Part shown: positions 24,435 through 38,937 of the stretch, one piece after another
How positions within the stretch are numbered: position 1 is the first letter of the stretch
Layout of the letters: each line of letters starts with the position of its first letter
Assembly: GCA_963760625.1 (NCBI GenBank)
Contig: CAVXDU010000004.1
Coordinates: 66,050-130,049, forward strand
Length of the DNA: 64,000 nucleotides
Source: an uncultured Chloroflexia bacterium
Lineage (GTDB): Bacteria; Chloroflexota; Limnocylindria; Limnocylindrales; CSP1-4
Reading direction: 5' to 3'
The notes under the pieces: model-generated
What the model was told of the DNA's origin: nothing
The model's database searches: none
The model's input: the letters and a program-made list of their open reading frames with translations, nothing else
Made by a program: the position numbers and the translations under genes

Positions 24435-25524
24435 ATGACGGGGCGCACGACCGAGACGCTCGACCTGTATACCGGCAACGCCAACCCGGACTGGCCCGCA
24501 AGATCGGCCTATACCTGGACATGCCGCTGGGGCAGTGCGAGGTGTTCGAGTTCGCCAACGAGAACATCTTCGTCAAGATCCTGGACAACGTCCGGGAGCA
24601 CGACGTCTACCTGGTCCAGCCGACCTGCTCCCCGGTCCAGAAGTCGATCATGGAGCTGCTGATCATGATCGACGCCTTCAAGCGGGCGAGCGCGGGCCGC
24701 ATCACCGCGGTGGTGCCCTACTACGCGTACGGCCGTTCGGACAAGAAGGACCAGCCACGGGTGCCCATCACGGCGCGCCTCATCGCGGACATGATCAGCG
24801 TCGCGGGCGCCGACCGGCTGCTCACGATGGACCTCCACCAGGGCCAGATCCAAGGGTTCTTCAACATCCCCGTCGACGAGCTGACGGCGGTCCACCTGCT
24901 CAGCAACCACTTCATCCAGAAGCACTTGAGCGACCTGGTCGTGGTCACGGACCTGGGCTTCGCCAAGCGTGCCCGCACCTTCGCGGAGCTCATCGACGCA
25001 CCGCTGGCCATCGTCGAGAAGCGTCGCCAGGGCAACGACGACCGGGCCGAGGTGCTCAACGTCATCGGCGAGGTCAAGGGCAAGCGGGCCATCGTGGTCG
25101 ATGACGAGATCGACACCGCGGGCACCCTGATGGAGGTGACCCGCGCCCTCGAGCGCGAGGGCGTCCTGGAGATCTACGCGTGCGCGACCCATGGCGTGCT
25201 GTCGGATCCCGGCCATCGAGCGCATCGGCGACTCGAACCTGACGGAGGTGGTCATCACCGACACCATCCCGCTGCCGCCCGCCAAGCGCATCAGCAAGAT
25301 CCGGCAGCTGATCCGTGGCACCGCTCATCGGCGAGGCCATCCGGCGCATCCACGGCGGTGAGTCAGTGGGTGCCCTGTTCTCGTCGGAGATCAAGCTGGT
25401 CCAGGAGATGGTCCTCTGGAGCGAGGCGGGACACGGCGGGACGATGACGACGCGTGTAGTCGGGTACCATCGACGGAAGTCGCGTGCGGCGCCATCGCGA
25501 GCATCCCGGAGTCCACGACCATGA
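24435..25524 (+). CDS. prs: Ribose-phosphate pyrophosphokinase; frame breaks; 3' end uncertain
   Basis: LDLYTGNANPD/LARKIG (break caused by one missing C at 24486-24499), DVYLVQPTCSP, AVVPYYAYGRSDKKD, RVPITARLIADM, AIVVDDEIDTAGTL. Confidence 0.9.
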
Positions 25525-25755
25525 CCCTGAAGCTGTATCGCCCGGATCCCGATGGCGGGCTCGAGCCGGCGCCGGTCACGACCGAGGACTATCGCGCGCC
25601 AGCTGCGGTCCCGTCGCTGGAAGGCGGCGCCAGCTGCAGCAACCCGGAGGTCGAGCAGACCGACCCGCGCATCGCGGTCGCTGTTCGTCGCGCTCCTGGC
25701 GTTACTCACCTTCGTGGTCATGGTCGTGGGGTACGGCATCGGCTTCTGGGGATAG
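25521..25755 (+). CDS. Hypothetical small membrane protein (one frame break)
   Basis: ATGA overlap with the prs-frame stop. C-terminal TM segment SLFVALLALLTFVVMVVGYGIGFWG. No recognisable family. Confidence 0.3.
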
Positions 25756-26039
25756 GTCAGGACCGCGCTCGGCAGCCCATCGTTTGTCCCGCCTCGGGCT
25801 AGGGCGCCGTCGAGGGCTCGCTCGGGCAGATGGTGTTGCCGTCCAGCGTCAGCGTCGTGCCTTCTGGCGCCGCTGTCCACCAGCCTCGTGAACGCCTCAT
25901 GATCGCCGCCGATCGCCCGTTGCACGAGCTCTCGCTGCATCCCGCCACCGATATCGGCGCGACGCATCCGGTCGCACTCACCCCTCTATGCATCCGCGGC
26001 GCGCCCCAACGGTTCCCAGTTCTTTGCGGAATCAGGGGA

Positions 26040-29233
<3,194 letters not shown>

Positions 29234-29455
29234 GGGATAGCGAAGTATAGGGCCGGGTCGCATCGGCGCCCGATCGGCGCCAGTCAAGGGCCGATCTCGT
29301 GGCGGTCGCTCGGATCACCTCTTGTGGGCAAGCGGGCGCTGCGTTCGTATACTCCGGTCGTCATACGTCCGGTTCGCCGAGCGCGTGGGAGAGGGCGGAG
29401 CCCGCGGACCACAAGCCCCAACCGCGTGGCCCCGGAGAGGGAGAGAGAGGGAACC

Positions 29456-29701
29456 GTGAAGCCGTTTCCCGCGGCCGAACCGGAGATCGGTGATCCGTCG
29501 TTCACCGATCTCATCGCCTGCGAGCGTGACTGCCGTTCGTGCAGCTATGCCGCCTGGCTCGATTGCGACGGAGATTGCGGGCCGTGTCCGCACAACTCGT
29601 ACTGCCCGTGCGTGAACCCCGTAGTCGCTCGCAGCAAGACCGCGCTCAAGATCCTTGAGCTGCGACCCAAGCTGCTCCAGGACCTGCAGGCGAGGACCTA
29701 G
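29456..29701 (+). CDS. Hypothetical 81-aa cysteine-rich protein (two CX3CX2C motifs plus CXC)
   Basis: GTG after the purine tract GGAGAGGGAGAGAGAGGGAACC. VKPFPAAEPEIGDPSFTDLIACERDCRSCSYAAWLDCDGDCGPCPHNSYCPCVNPVV...KILELRPKLLQDLQART. By hand count about 80% of codons end in G/C. Its TAG abuts the prfB ATG. Confidence 0.5.
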   Translation: MKPFPAAEPEIGDPSFTDLIACERDCRSCSYAAWLDCDGDCGPCPHNSYCPCVNPVVARSKTALKILELRPKLLQDLQART

Positions 29702-30828
29702 ATGGACAACGCGTCCATCCGCGACCTCGTGTCCCGGATCACGGCGACCTCGGGGCGGCTTTGACCTAGCCGCCAGGGAGGAACGGCTCTCGGCGCTCGA
29801 CGCCCAGTCGGCCGAGAGCGGATTCTGGGACGAGCCGCGCGAGGCGCAGGACGTGCTCCGCGAGGCCGAGGCGCTGCGCGACGACCTGACCGGCGTGGCA
29901 GGGCCTGCTCGTCGCGGGCCTCCGACCTCGCCGAGCTGGCCGAGCTGGCCATGGAGGCCGGCGACGACTCGATGACCGCGGGCGTCGACGAGGAGTACCG
30001 CTCGCTCGCCGCGGACTACGAGCAGCAGCGGCAGGCGCTCCTGTTCTCGGGCGACTACGACGAGTCGAACGCCATCATCTCCATCAGCGCCGGCGCTGGC
30101 GGCACCGAGGCAACCGATTGGGCCGCAGATGCTCCAGCGGATGTACCTCCGCTGGGCAGAGCGGCACCGCTTCCGGACCGAGATCATCGACCAGCTGGAA
30201 GGTGAAGAGGCGGGCATCAAGAGCGCGACCATCAACGTCGAGGGTCGTCGTGCCTACGGCTATCCTGCGCGCGGAGCGAGGGGTCCATCGACTGGTGCGC
30301 ATCAGCCCGTTCGACTCCCAGAAGCGCCGCCACACGACGTTCGCCCTGCTGGAGATGCTGCCCGAGGTCGATGACGACGTCGAGGTCGGCGACATCCCCG
30401 ATGACGACCTGCGCATCGACACCTACCGCTCGCAGGGCGCCGGTGGCCAGCACGTCAACAAGACCGACTCCGCCGTGCGCCTGACGCACCTGCCGACGGG
30501 CATCGTGGTCCAGAGCCAGAACGAGCGCTCCCAGCACCAGAACAAGGAGCTGGCGATGCGGGTGCTCAAGGCCCGCCTCCTGGAGCGCAAGATCGCGGAA
30601 CGCGAGGCGGAGCTGGCGCAGATCCGGGGCGAGCATGTGGAGGCTGGCTGGGGCAACCAGATCCGGAGCTACGTGCTGCACCCGTACCAGATGGTCAAGG
30701 ACCACCGCACCGAGTTCGAGACCAGCGACACCTCGGGGGTCCTGGACGGCGACCTGGACCGGTTCATGATGGCGGAGCTCGAACGACTGGCCACCACCGC
30801 CGAGCCGATCGTCGGGGCTGCGACCTGA
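29702..30828 (+). CDS. prfB: Peptide chain release factor 2; programmed +1 frameshift at codon 21, plus about 3 further (presumed artefactual) frame breaks
   Basis: [23 protein letters not shown], then +1 frame [60 protein letters not shown] (SPF), [29 protein letters not shown] (GGQ). Confidence 0.95.
29753..29765 (+). promoter_or_regulatory. RF2 autoregulatory +1 recoding site: GGGG-CGG-CTT-TGA-C
   Basis: Shine-Dalgarno-like GGGG sits 3 nt upstream of CUU UGA C (CTT 29759-29761, TGA 29762-29764). The RF2 sequence continues in the +1 frame. Confidence 0.85.
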
Positions 30829-31610
30829 TGGCGGATCCGGCCCTGTCGACGGCGCAGCCGCTGCGGGTGCTGCTCGCGGGCGAAAGCTGGACCAGCTACG
30901 GGGTCCACATCAAGGGCTTCAACGCCTACTACTCGGGCTTCTATGACGAGGGTGGGACGCCCCTCATCCAGGCACTCGAGGACGGTGGCTGTGTCGTCAC
31001 GTATCAGCCAAATCATGTGGCCGCGACGCGATTTCCCGATTCGATGCAGGCGCTCGATGGCTACGACGTGGTCATCCTGAGCGACATCGGGTCGGACACG
31101 CTACAGCTCCACCCCGACACATTCCGGACATCGCTCGTCCGACCGGACCGGCTTCAGGTCCTGGCGGACTGGGTCCGGACTGGCGGCGGCCTCCTGATGG
31201 TAGGCGGATACATGAGTTTCACGGGTTACTCGGCTGCAGCCCGCTACGGCATGACGCCCCTTGCCGAAGTGCTACCGGTCACTCTGCTCGAACATGACGA
31301 CCGGGTCGAGACACCAGCAGGTGTCCGGCCAGTGGTCGCCGGGCCTGATACGACCGGCATCCTGGACGGCATCGACGGACCGTGGCCGCCGTTCCTGGGC
31401 TTCAACCGGCTCCGGGATCGAGACGGCTCGCAGGTGCTGCTGCGACATGGTCAGGACCCATTCCTGGCGGTCCGAGCCGTGGGCACCGGCAGGTCGGCGG
31501 CGTTTGCGTCCGACTGCTCGCCACACTGGGGGTCGCCCGAGTTCACGGCGTGGTGGGCGTACCCGGTCTTCTGGTTGCAGCTCGTGGAGTGGCTCGGCGG
31601 ACGACGCTGA
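30828..31610 (+). CDS. Class-I glutamine-amidotransferase-like (DUF1355-type) cytoplasmic protein; intact
   Basis: TGATG overlap with the prfB stop. 260-aa ORF: LRVLLAGESWTSYGVHIKGFNAYYSGFYDEGG...YDVVILSDIGSDTL...GGGLLMVGGYMSF...AFASDCSPHWGSPEF. Confidence 0.45.
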   Translation: MADPALSTAQPLRVLLAGESWTSYGVHIKGFNAYYSGFYDEGGTPLIQALEDGGCVVTYQPNHVAATRFPDSMQALDGYDVVILSDIGSDTLQLHPDTFRTSLVRPDRLQVLADWVRTGGGLLMVGGYMSFTGYSAAARYGMTPLAEVLPVTLLEHDDRVETPAGVRPVVAGPDTTGILDGIDGPWPPFLGFNRLRDRDGSQVLLRHGQDPFLAVRAVGTGRSAAFASDCSPHWGSPEFTAWWAYPVFWLQLVEWLGGRR

Positions 31611-32503
31611 CACCTGGTCGCAGCGACCGGGCAAGCTCGGTGTCGAAGGACAGTTCGAAGTCATGCACCTTCGCGGCAGCCCAGGCCACGCCCTCCGCGA
31701 CGGCATCCACGAGCGTCCCGCCCGTCGCGAGATGGCCGCACAGGCCGGCCATCAGTGCGTCGCCGGCACCGACAGGGTTGACCGGCAGCTGGCCTACGGC
31801 CGCCACGGTCCAGCAGTCCTCGTCGGACCACAGTCGCGCGCCACGACGACCGGCGGTGACGATCAATGCGCCCGGCTGCGGAGCCACGGCACGCCCATCA
31901 GACCAGGCGGTGGACGGCGTCACGTCGCAGGCGTCCGCCAGCTCCACTGCCGACACCTTGACCACGTCCGGAGCGGCCGGCAGTGCCGATCGCAGCCAGT
32001 CGCCCGATGCATCCAGAACGGTCCGCGCACCCCGCTCGCGGGCGCCCCGGACAAGGCGTGCGTACGACTCCGGGGACGAGCCCGCGGGCAGGCTGCCCGT
32101 GAGCACCAGCAGGTCCCCGACCCCAAGGCCGGCCAGGAGCTGGCCGGTCGCGGCCTCGATGATCGCCGGGCCGGGTCCCGGCGCGCTGCCGTTGAGGACC
32201 GTGGCGCGACCGTGGCCTCCACGCAGATGACATCCGTGCGGGCGGGGACACCCGATGGCACCACCTGCGACCGTTGCCAGTGCCAGGTCAGGTTCCCGGG
32301 AGAGCGCCGTGGCACCCGTCTGGTCCGCGATCGCGACGAGACGCACGGCGACACCCATGCGGCCACAGAAACGGGCCACGTTGACGCCCTTGCCGCCGAT
32401 CCGCTCCACGGCTCGCCGTGCCCGGTGGACCTCTCCTGGGACCAGGCGTGGTACGCTCCACGATGAGTTCGTGCGCGGTGTTCGGACTGAAGATGACGAT
32501 CAA
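31543..32503 (-). CDS. PfkB-family carbohydrate kinase (1-phosphofructokinase/tagatose-6-P kinase-like); frame breaks near the 5' end
   Basis: MIVIFSPNTAHELIVE, IGGKGVNVARF, LLVLTGSLPAG, VVKVSAVELAD, VNPVGAGDALMAG (GAGD). Confidence 0.8.
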
Positions 32504-32555
32504 GGCAAACGAACGCCGAGGCCCAACACGTGGTGCAGCCTCGGCGTTCCTCCGT

Positions 32556-33625
32556 TCAGTGGTATCCCACCCTTGGTGGGCCGGCGGTGATGCCTATTGG
32601 GGCGCGCCCGTGGGGCAGGCCGTACAGGTCTGCGGGATAGGTGAACGCCGCGATATCCGGCTGGTCCACGTTCTCCGGGGTCATCACCGCGAACCCAGTG
32701 GGTTGATCGTGCTCCACGGTCGGTGTCGATGGTGCCGGCCCTGATGGTGTCGGCCACCAGCTTGACGCTGTTGTAGCCCATGGCGTACGGCTGCTGGGCG
32801 ATGAGGGCGTCGTAGACGCCCTTCTTGAGGTCGTTCACCTGGCTCGGAGCAGAGTCGAACGAGATGAGCTTGATGACGTCCTGCTTCCCTTGGTCCTTGA
32901 GACCGGCCGCGGCACCCAGGCCTGCAGACTCGTGCGTGGCATAGATGCCGGTCAGGTCTGGGTTGCCGGCGATGGCGGCGACCACCTCGGTGGTGGCGGC
33001 AGCGGTGTCCGTGCCCGGATACCCGTACTCCAGCACCTTGCCTCCGGCAGCTTCCATGGTCTCCTTGAAGCCGTCAGCGCGACCACCGATGTCCGGCAGG
33101 CCAGGGGTGCATATGGAGCACGAAGTAGGTGCCCTTGCCGCCGGTCAGCTCGATCATCTCCTGCGCCGCCAAGGCGCCGCCGCCGTAGTGGTCGGACTGC
33201 ATGTTGGCCAGCTCGACTGGCTTGCTCATCGGTGCGTCGATGGTGACGACGGGACGACCTGCGGCCATCTCGCCGGTCACGAACTGCGATGAACGCATCC
33301 GGGTCGGTCGGACTGAGCACCCAGCCCTGCGGCTGGGTTGGCCTGGAACGCCTCGATGACCGAGCGGGACTCATTGGGATTCCAGGCGTGCGAGCCGTTG
33401 TACTGGAGGTTGACATTGTAGGTCCGTGGCCGCAGCCTTGGCCCCGCACTCCACCCCCGTGTAGAACGTGATGCCGATCTGCCCGGCGCACGAAGTCGAT
33501 GCTGACCGGAGTGGCCGGCGGCGAGGCGGGCGCGCCCGATTGCGCCGCCACGGGTGCCGACCGTCATCAGCAGCGCCAGGCCCGCGGCCACGCCGGCTCC
33601 CTGACCGATCCTCGAGATGCTTCAC
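32556..33625 (-). CDS. ABC sugar transporter periplasmic binding protein (ribose-binding-like, PBP type 1); many frame breaks
   Basis: Signal-like GAGVAAGLALLMTVG, NVNLQYNGSHAWNPNESRSVIEAF, SDHYGGGALAAQEMIELTGGKGTY, IKLISFDSAPSQVNDLKKGVYDALIAQQPYAMGYNSVKLVAD. Confidence 0.75.
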
Positions 33626-33697
33626 CGTGGATGCCTCCTCGTTCGCTTAGCGCATTCCGTCGACGAACAGCAGCGTGTTCCAGTAGTCGCCCTCCTC

Positions 33698-34775
33698 TCA
33701 GCTCATGCGCGACCGGCGGCGCTGGTCCAGGTAGACAGCGATGATGAGGATGATGCCCACGGCCACCAGCTGGTAGAACGGCTGGACGTTCATGATCACG
33801 AGGCCGTTGGCCATCATCACCGGGATGAGCGAGCCCAGGAGCGTGCCGCCGATGGACGCGATGCCACCGAACAGGCTGGTGCCACCGAGGACCACCGCCG
33901 AGATCGCCTGGAGGTTGTCGGACTGGTGACCGACGACGTTGGTGCCCGCGTTGCGGGCGAGGTCGATGACCGCGGCGATGCCCACCAGCAGGCCCTGGAG
34001 CACGAACAGGCGCACGGTGTGACGATCGATGTCGATGCCTGCGCGGATGGTCGACTCCCGGGACGATCCGAGGGCGAGGGTGCGCATCCCGAAGCGGGTC
34101 GTGCGCATCACGCACCCACATCACCGCACAGACGACGAGCGTGAGCACGAGCGGCAGCGGCACGCAGCCCGAACAATCGGTTGCTGCCGAAGTACGTCTG
34201 GATCTCATCGGGCACGAAGGGGACGTTCGCGGCGCTCGTGAGGATGAGCGCGAAGCCGTAGAAGATGCCCGAGGTGGCGAGGGTCACGATGAACGAGTTG
34301 AGCTTGAGCCGGGTGACCAGCAACCCGTTGAGCAGGCCCGCGATCGAGCCGGCCAGCATGGCCACCAAGCGCACCCGCGATGACCGCCGGGATGAGGTTG
34401 GGATACTCGCCCGCCGCCACCTGCTCCGTGGTGCCGCCAAGCGCCACCATGACCTTGGCCCCAAGCACGGACGCCAGGATGAGGTTGTAGCCCACCGACA
34501 GGTCCAGGTGGCCCGGCCCCGATGAGGAAGGTCATGCCCACCGCGATGAGCATGATCTGGGATGCATTGAGCCCGATGTTGAGCAGGTTCGAGGGCTTGA
34601 TGAAGGCGTTGTTGGGCGTGACCAGGCCGAACACGATGATCAGGCCGATGACCACGATGCCGATCCAGAACGCGGACGAGCCGCGGACCTGGGCCAGGAC
34701 ACCGGTCGCCTCCTCGGGCCCCAGCGCCTCGGGGAGGGCCTCCGGATCGGTGGCCGCGGTCGCGGCGGCGGTCAC
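33698..34775 (-). CDS. ABC sugar transporter permease (RbsC/branched type); frame breaks
   Basis: GTGA overlap with the ATPase stop. SAFWIGIVVIGLIIVFGLV, IMLIAVGMTFLI, AVVLGGTSLFGGIASIGGTLLGSLIPVMMANGL, GIILIIAVYLDQRRR. Confidence 0.8.
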
Positions 34776-35538
34776 TCCACGACCTCCTCGCCGAGCATCA
34801 GGCCGATGACGTCGGTGAGCTTGAGCGACGACGCCGGCCGTTCCGCGACGACCAGCCGTGGCGCATGACCGCGATCCGGTCCGCCACGTGGAGCATCCGT
34901 GGGATGTCGTGCGAGATGACCAGCACCGCCAGACCCCGGGCGGCGGCATTGGTGACCGTGTCGTACACGATCGCCGACTGCTTGGGTCCCAGCGCAGCGG
35001 TCGGCTCGTCCATGAGCACCGCGGTCGTGGCCCAGGTGATGGAGCGCGCAACGGCGAGCGCCTGGCGCTGACCACCGGACAGGTTGCGCACCGGCACCCG
35101 CAACGAGCGCAGGTTGATGCCCAGCCGCGACGAGGGCCTCCCGCGTCTCGTCGCGCATCTGGTCCCGGTCGATCATGCCCAGGCGGCCCCGGATGCCCGC
35201 TGCGCATCGGTTCCCGACCCAGGAACAGGTTGTCGGCGACCGACAGGTCCGGCGCCAGTGCCAGGTCCTGGTACACGGTGTGGACGCCCAGCTCCAGGGC
35301 ATGACCGATGGACTGGACCGTGACCGGCTCGCCCCAGTAGGCGACCTGGCCCGCGTCGGCCTGGATCGCGCCGCACAGGATCTTGGTCAGGGTCGACTTG
35401 CCGGCACCGTTGTCGCCGACGAGGGCGAGCACCTCGCCCGGTCGCAGGACCAGGTCAGCGCCCCGCAAGCGCCTGCAGGTGCCCATAGGACTTGGTGATG
35501 CCCGTCGCCCGGATGGCGGGCACGCTCGGATCCCGCAC
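34772..35538 (-). CDS. ABC sugar transporter ATP-binding protein (single NBD); frame breaks; start uncertain
   Basis: ITKSYG, LALVGDNGAGKSTL (Walker A), NLSGGQRQALAVARS (signature), VLMDEPTAALG (Walker B), VLVISHD. Confidence 0.8.
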
Positions 35539-35633
35539 CGGAGGCGTCAGGTCGGCGGTCGGAACGATGCCCACTTGTCTGACCTCGGTTGTACGACCTG
35601 TCGGCGGGATGGCGCCCATCCTACTCGGCGGCG

Positions 35634-36399
35634 TCAAGGCCGCGGGCGATCGCCGCTGCCCGGCAGGTCGCCGTTGATGGCCAGCTGGCCGCCGTCCACG
35701 ACCAGGGTGGCACCGGTGATGTACGAAGCCTCGCGGGAGGCCAGGAAGAGGGCCGGCCAGGCCACCTCCTCGGCCGTGCCCACCCGACCGAGCGGGATGG
35801 CACCGAAGCCGTAGCCGGCCTCGATCATGGGCCGCGTCATCTCGCTCTCGATGGTGCCGGGCGCGACGGCGTTGACCCGGATGCCGTGCACGGCGAGCTC
35901 GATGGCCATCGACTGCACGAGCAGCGGCAGGGCGCCCTTGGAGGCGTTGTAGGCGGCGAGGTCGGGCTCCGCCACGAAGCTGTTGGTGGACGCGATGACC
36001 ACGATGGCGCCGCCCCGGCCACGTGCCACCATCTCGCGCGCGGCGACCTGGCAGATGTTGAAGGTGCCTTCGACGTTGACGGTCATGATCTCACGCCACT
36101 CCTCGAGCGGAACGGACAGGAACGGCCGGATCCGATGGATGCCGGCGTTGCTGACCAGGATGTCGACGCGCCCCGAACCGCGTCCACGGCAGCGTCGATG
36201 AGCCGCTGCGCGTCCGCACGGACCGAGACGTCACCCGGGAATGGCGAGCACCCGTTCGGGGGACCCGAGCTCGCTGGCGGTCTGCGGCCAGACGATCGGC
36301 ACGGCGCGACATCAGCGCGAGCTGGGCGCCCTGGTCGAGGAACAGCCGCGCGACACCGGCGCCGATGCCCGTGCTGGCACCCGTGATGACCGCGACCAT
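35634..36399 (-). CDS. SDR-family oxidoreductase (polyol/sugar dehydrogenase candidate); frame break about 36100-36300
   Basis: VAVITGASTGIGAG, IVVIASTNS, YNASKGAL (YxxxK), IRVNAVAPG, YITGATLVVDGG. Confidence 0.85.
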
Positions 36400-36542
36400 G
36401 CCCGCCAGCCGGCCCGGCTGCCGTGCCGCGGGTCGTTCACCTGCGGCAGGTCCACATGGGTCGACGGTACACTCAGCGCTCCCCCGAACGACAAGAGGCT
36501 CGCCGAGACACGTGTCAGTCGCCGCAACCGGTCCGCACTCCG

Positions 36543-38040
36543 ATGACGGTGCTGGGGCTCGATATCGGCACGAGCGCGGTCAAGGGCCTGCTGCTGGACG
36601 ACGACGGCCGGGTCGTCGCCGCCGCACAGACGGTCCTACCGCCTGGACCTGCCGGCGCCGGGTCGGGTGGAACTGCCGCCGGAGCGCGTCTGGCGGGCCG
36701 CGTCTGCGGTCATCGCCGCGCTCGCGCTGTCCGCACGGGAGGCGGGCTCACCGGTACGGGCAGTGGCGGCCAGCGGCTCCGGTGACGAGGTCGCCATGGT
36801 CGACGCGGAGGGCGTGGCCGTGGGCCCGGTCATCGTGGCGCTCGACACGCGGAGTCGCGCCGATGGGACGCGCGGTGGAGCAGCGGTTCGGCGCGGATGC
36901 GCTGTACGCGCGGACCGGCATCGCGCTCACCGGACTGTCGCCCGTCGTTCGGCTGCTCTGGCTACGTGAGCAGCAGCCGGCGGTGCGGCCCGGGTCGATC
37001 GATTGCTGGCGTGGCCGGAGCTACTGGCGCTCCGCCTCGGGGTGGAGCCATGCTCCGAGCCATCGCTCGCGGGTCGGACGCTGGGCTATGACCTCCGTAC
37101 CGACGGTATGACCGCAGACCTGCTGGCGGTACTGGAGCATCGACGTCGCGACCTGCTGCCGACGGTCGTGCCGAGCGGCACGGCCATCGGCACGGTCGCG
37201 GACGATCGCCGCGCGCGAGCTCGGGCTCGGACCTGGACGTGGCGCGTGGTCACGGGTGGCTTCGACCAGGCGATGGCGACCCTCGGCGCCGGGGTCTGCG
37301 ATGCAGGGCATGGCGCATGTGGGCACGGGCAGCTACGAGGCGCTGTCGGCACTGCTCGACGCGACCGCTCACCGATGCCGCGGCTGCGGGCGAGCGGCTG
37401 GTCCGTGGGTCGGTCCGTGGCCGGATCAGCGCGCTGGTCCGACGATGGCCAGCTGGCTGGGTGGCGCGGCACTGCGATCGCCTGTGCGGCGCAGCAGTAC
37501 CGAGACGTGCGCCAGGCCGGTCGGCGGCCACCGGTCGAACGCCTGCTGCGCGAGGTACCGGACGGTCCGGCACGCACGCTGGCGCTGGCCGGCCTCGAGG
37601 CCGGTGCCGGCGCAGTCGTGGGCATGGACCTCGGGCACCCGACGCGGCGACATCGCCGCGGCACTGCTGGAGGCCGTGACCATGGACCTCCGGCGCGCCC
37701 TCGCGGACCTGGACCGAGCGGGCGTCCCGGTGCGACACGCTCCGGGCCACGGGTGGCGGCGCCCGATCGCGCGCTGGCTCCAGCTCAAGGCGGACGTCAC
37801 CGGTCGCGTCGTGGAGCGGTGGCTGGTTCGGGAGGCGGGCGCCTTCGCGGCCGGACTGCTGGCGGGAGCCGCCATGGGCGATACTGCCCCCCGTAGCTGA
37901 GGCGGCCCGGGACCTGGTGCGCGTCGACCTCGCGCGTCGAACCTCGCCGCGCACTCGAGGCGCACTACGAGGAGCGCGCCGCGCTCCACGCCGGAGCTCG
38001 CGCGACATCCTGGCAGGCGTGGCGTGGCGTGGGAACCTGA
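36543..38040 (+). CDS. FGGY-family carbohydrate kinase (xylulokinase-like) no. 1; many frame breaks; 3' end approximate
   Basis: MTVLGLDIGTSAVKGLLLDDDGRVV, GLSPVVRLLWLREQQP, VVTGGFDQAMATLGAG, AALLEAVTMDLRRAL, LQLKADVTGR. Confidence 0.75.
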
Positions 38041-38048
38041 TCGTTCCG

Positions 38049-38830
38049 TCAGGGCGGGTCCTGATACAGGTCGAACGGCCGGGCCAGCAGACCGCCGTCG
38101 ACGAGCAGGTGGCTGCCGTTGATGAAGCTCGCGTCGTCGCTGGCCAGGAACACGGCCGTGCGGGCGATCTCACCGGGTGCCGCGATGCGACGCATCGGGT
38201 ACTCGTGCTCGATACGCGCCCGGAAGGTCGCCGGATCCGGCTGGGACGCGAAGTAGACCTGGTTCAGCTCCGTGTCCACGTCGCCCAGGGCAGATCGCCA
38301 CACAGCGAACGCCCGTACGGGCCGTAGGCGGCGGCCGTGGACCGGGTGAGACCCAGGATGCCCGCCTTGGTCATGGAGTAGACCGGCAGGAGCGCGTCGC
38401 CCGTCAGGCCCAGGATCGACGACAGGTTGATGATGACCCCGGCCCCCTGGGCGATCATGGCTGGCAGCGCCGCGCGGCTGCACAGGAACGTGCCCAGGAG
38501 GTTGGTGCGCACGATGCGCTCGAAGTCGTCCACGGAGTGGTCCATGAGCCGCGCCTCGACCTGGATGGCGGCGTTGTTGACCACGATGTCCAGTCGTCCC
38601 GTGTCGCGGACGACCTCCGCCACGATGGCCGCGACACGCGCCTCGTCCCCGACGTCGCCCTCGAAGCCCGATCGCCTCACGCAGGCCTGCCGCCGCGGCG
38701 CGCACCCCGGGCCATCGATGTCCACGAGCACGGTCCTGGCACCCTCGGCGTCGATACGCCCGGCGATGGCCTTGCCGATGCCGCGGGCGGCCCCGGTCAC
38801 GATGGCGACACGTCCGTCCAGTCGTCCCAT
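38049..38830 (-). CDS. SDR-family oxidoreductase no. 2; one frame break about 38270
   Basis: MGRLDGRVAIVTGAARGIGKAI, IVVNNAAI, INLSSILG, YSMTKAGILGLT, FINGSHLLVDGG. Confidence 0.85.
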
Positions 38831-38937
38831 GGCGGTCCCTCCCTGCGGTGTGCGGCTCCACCGTATCGGCCGCCTCGGAGCCTCGCCAACGGCAGCTCGG
38901 CTAGGCTTGCGCCGAGGCAACGTGTCGAGGAGGCAAC

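Noticed and set aside
25799-25967. Minus-strand peptide MQRELVQRAIGGDHEAFTRLVD, resembling the N-terminus of an ECF sigma factor
   Set aside because: Only about 22 residues of similarity. No region 2 or region 4 sequence follows in any frame, and the interval is too short (under 290 bp between a small ORF and the secA stop).
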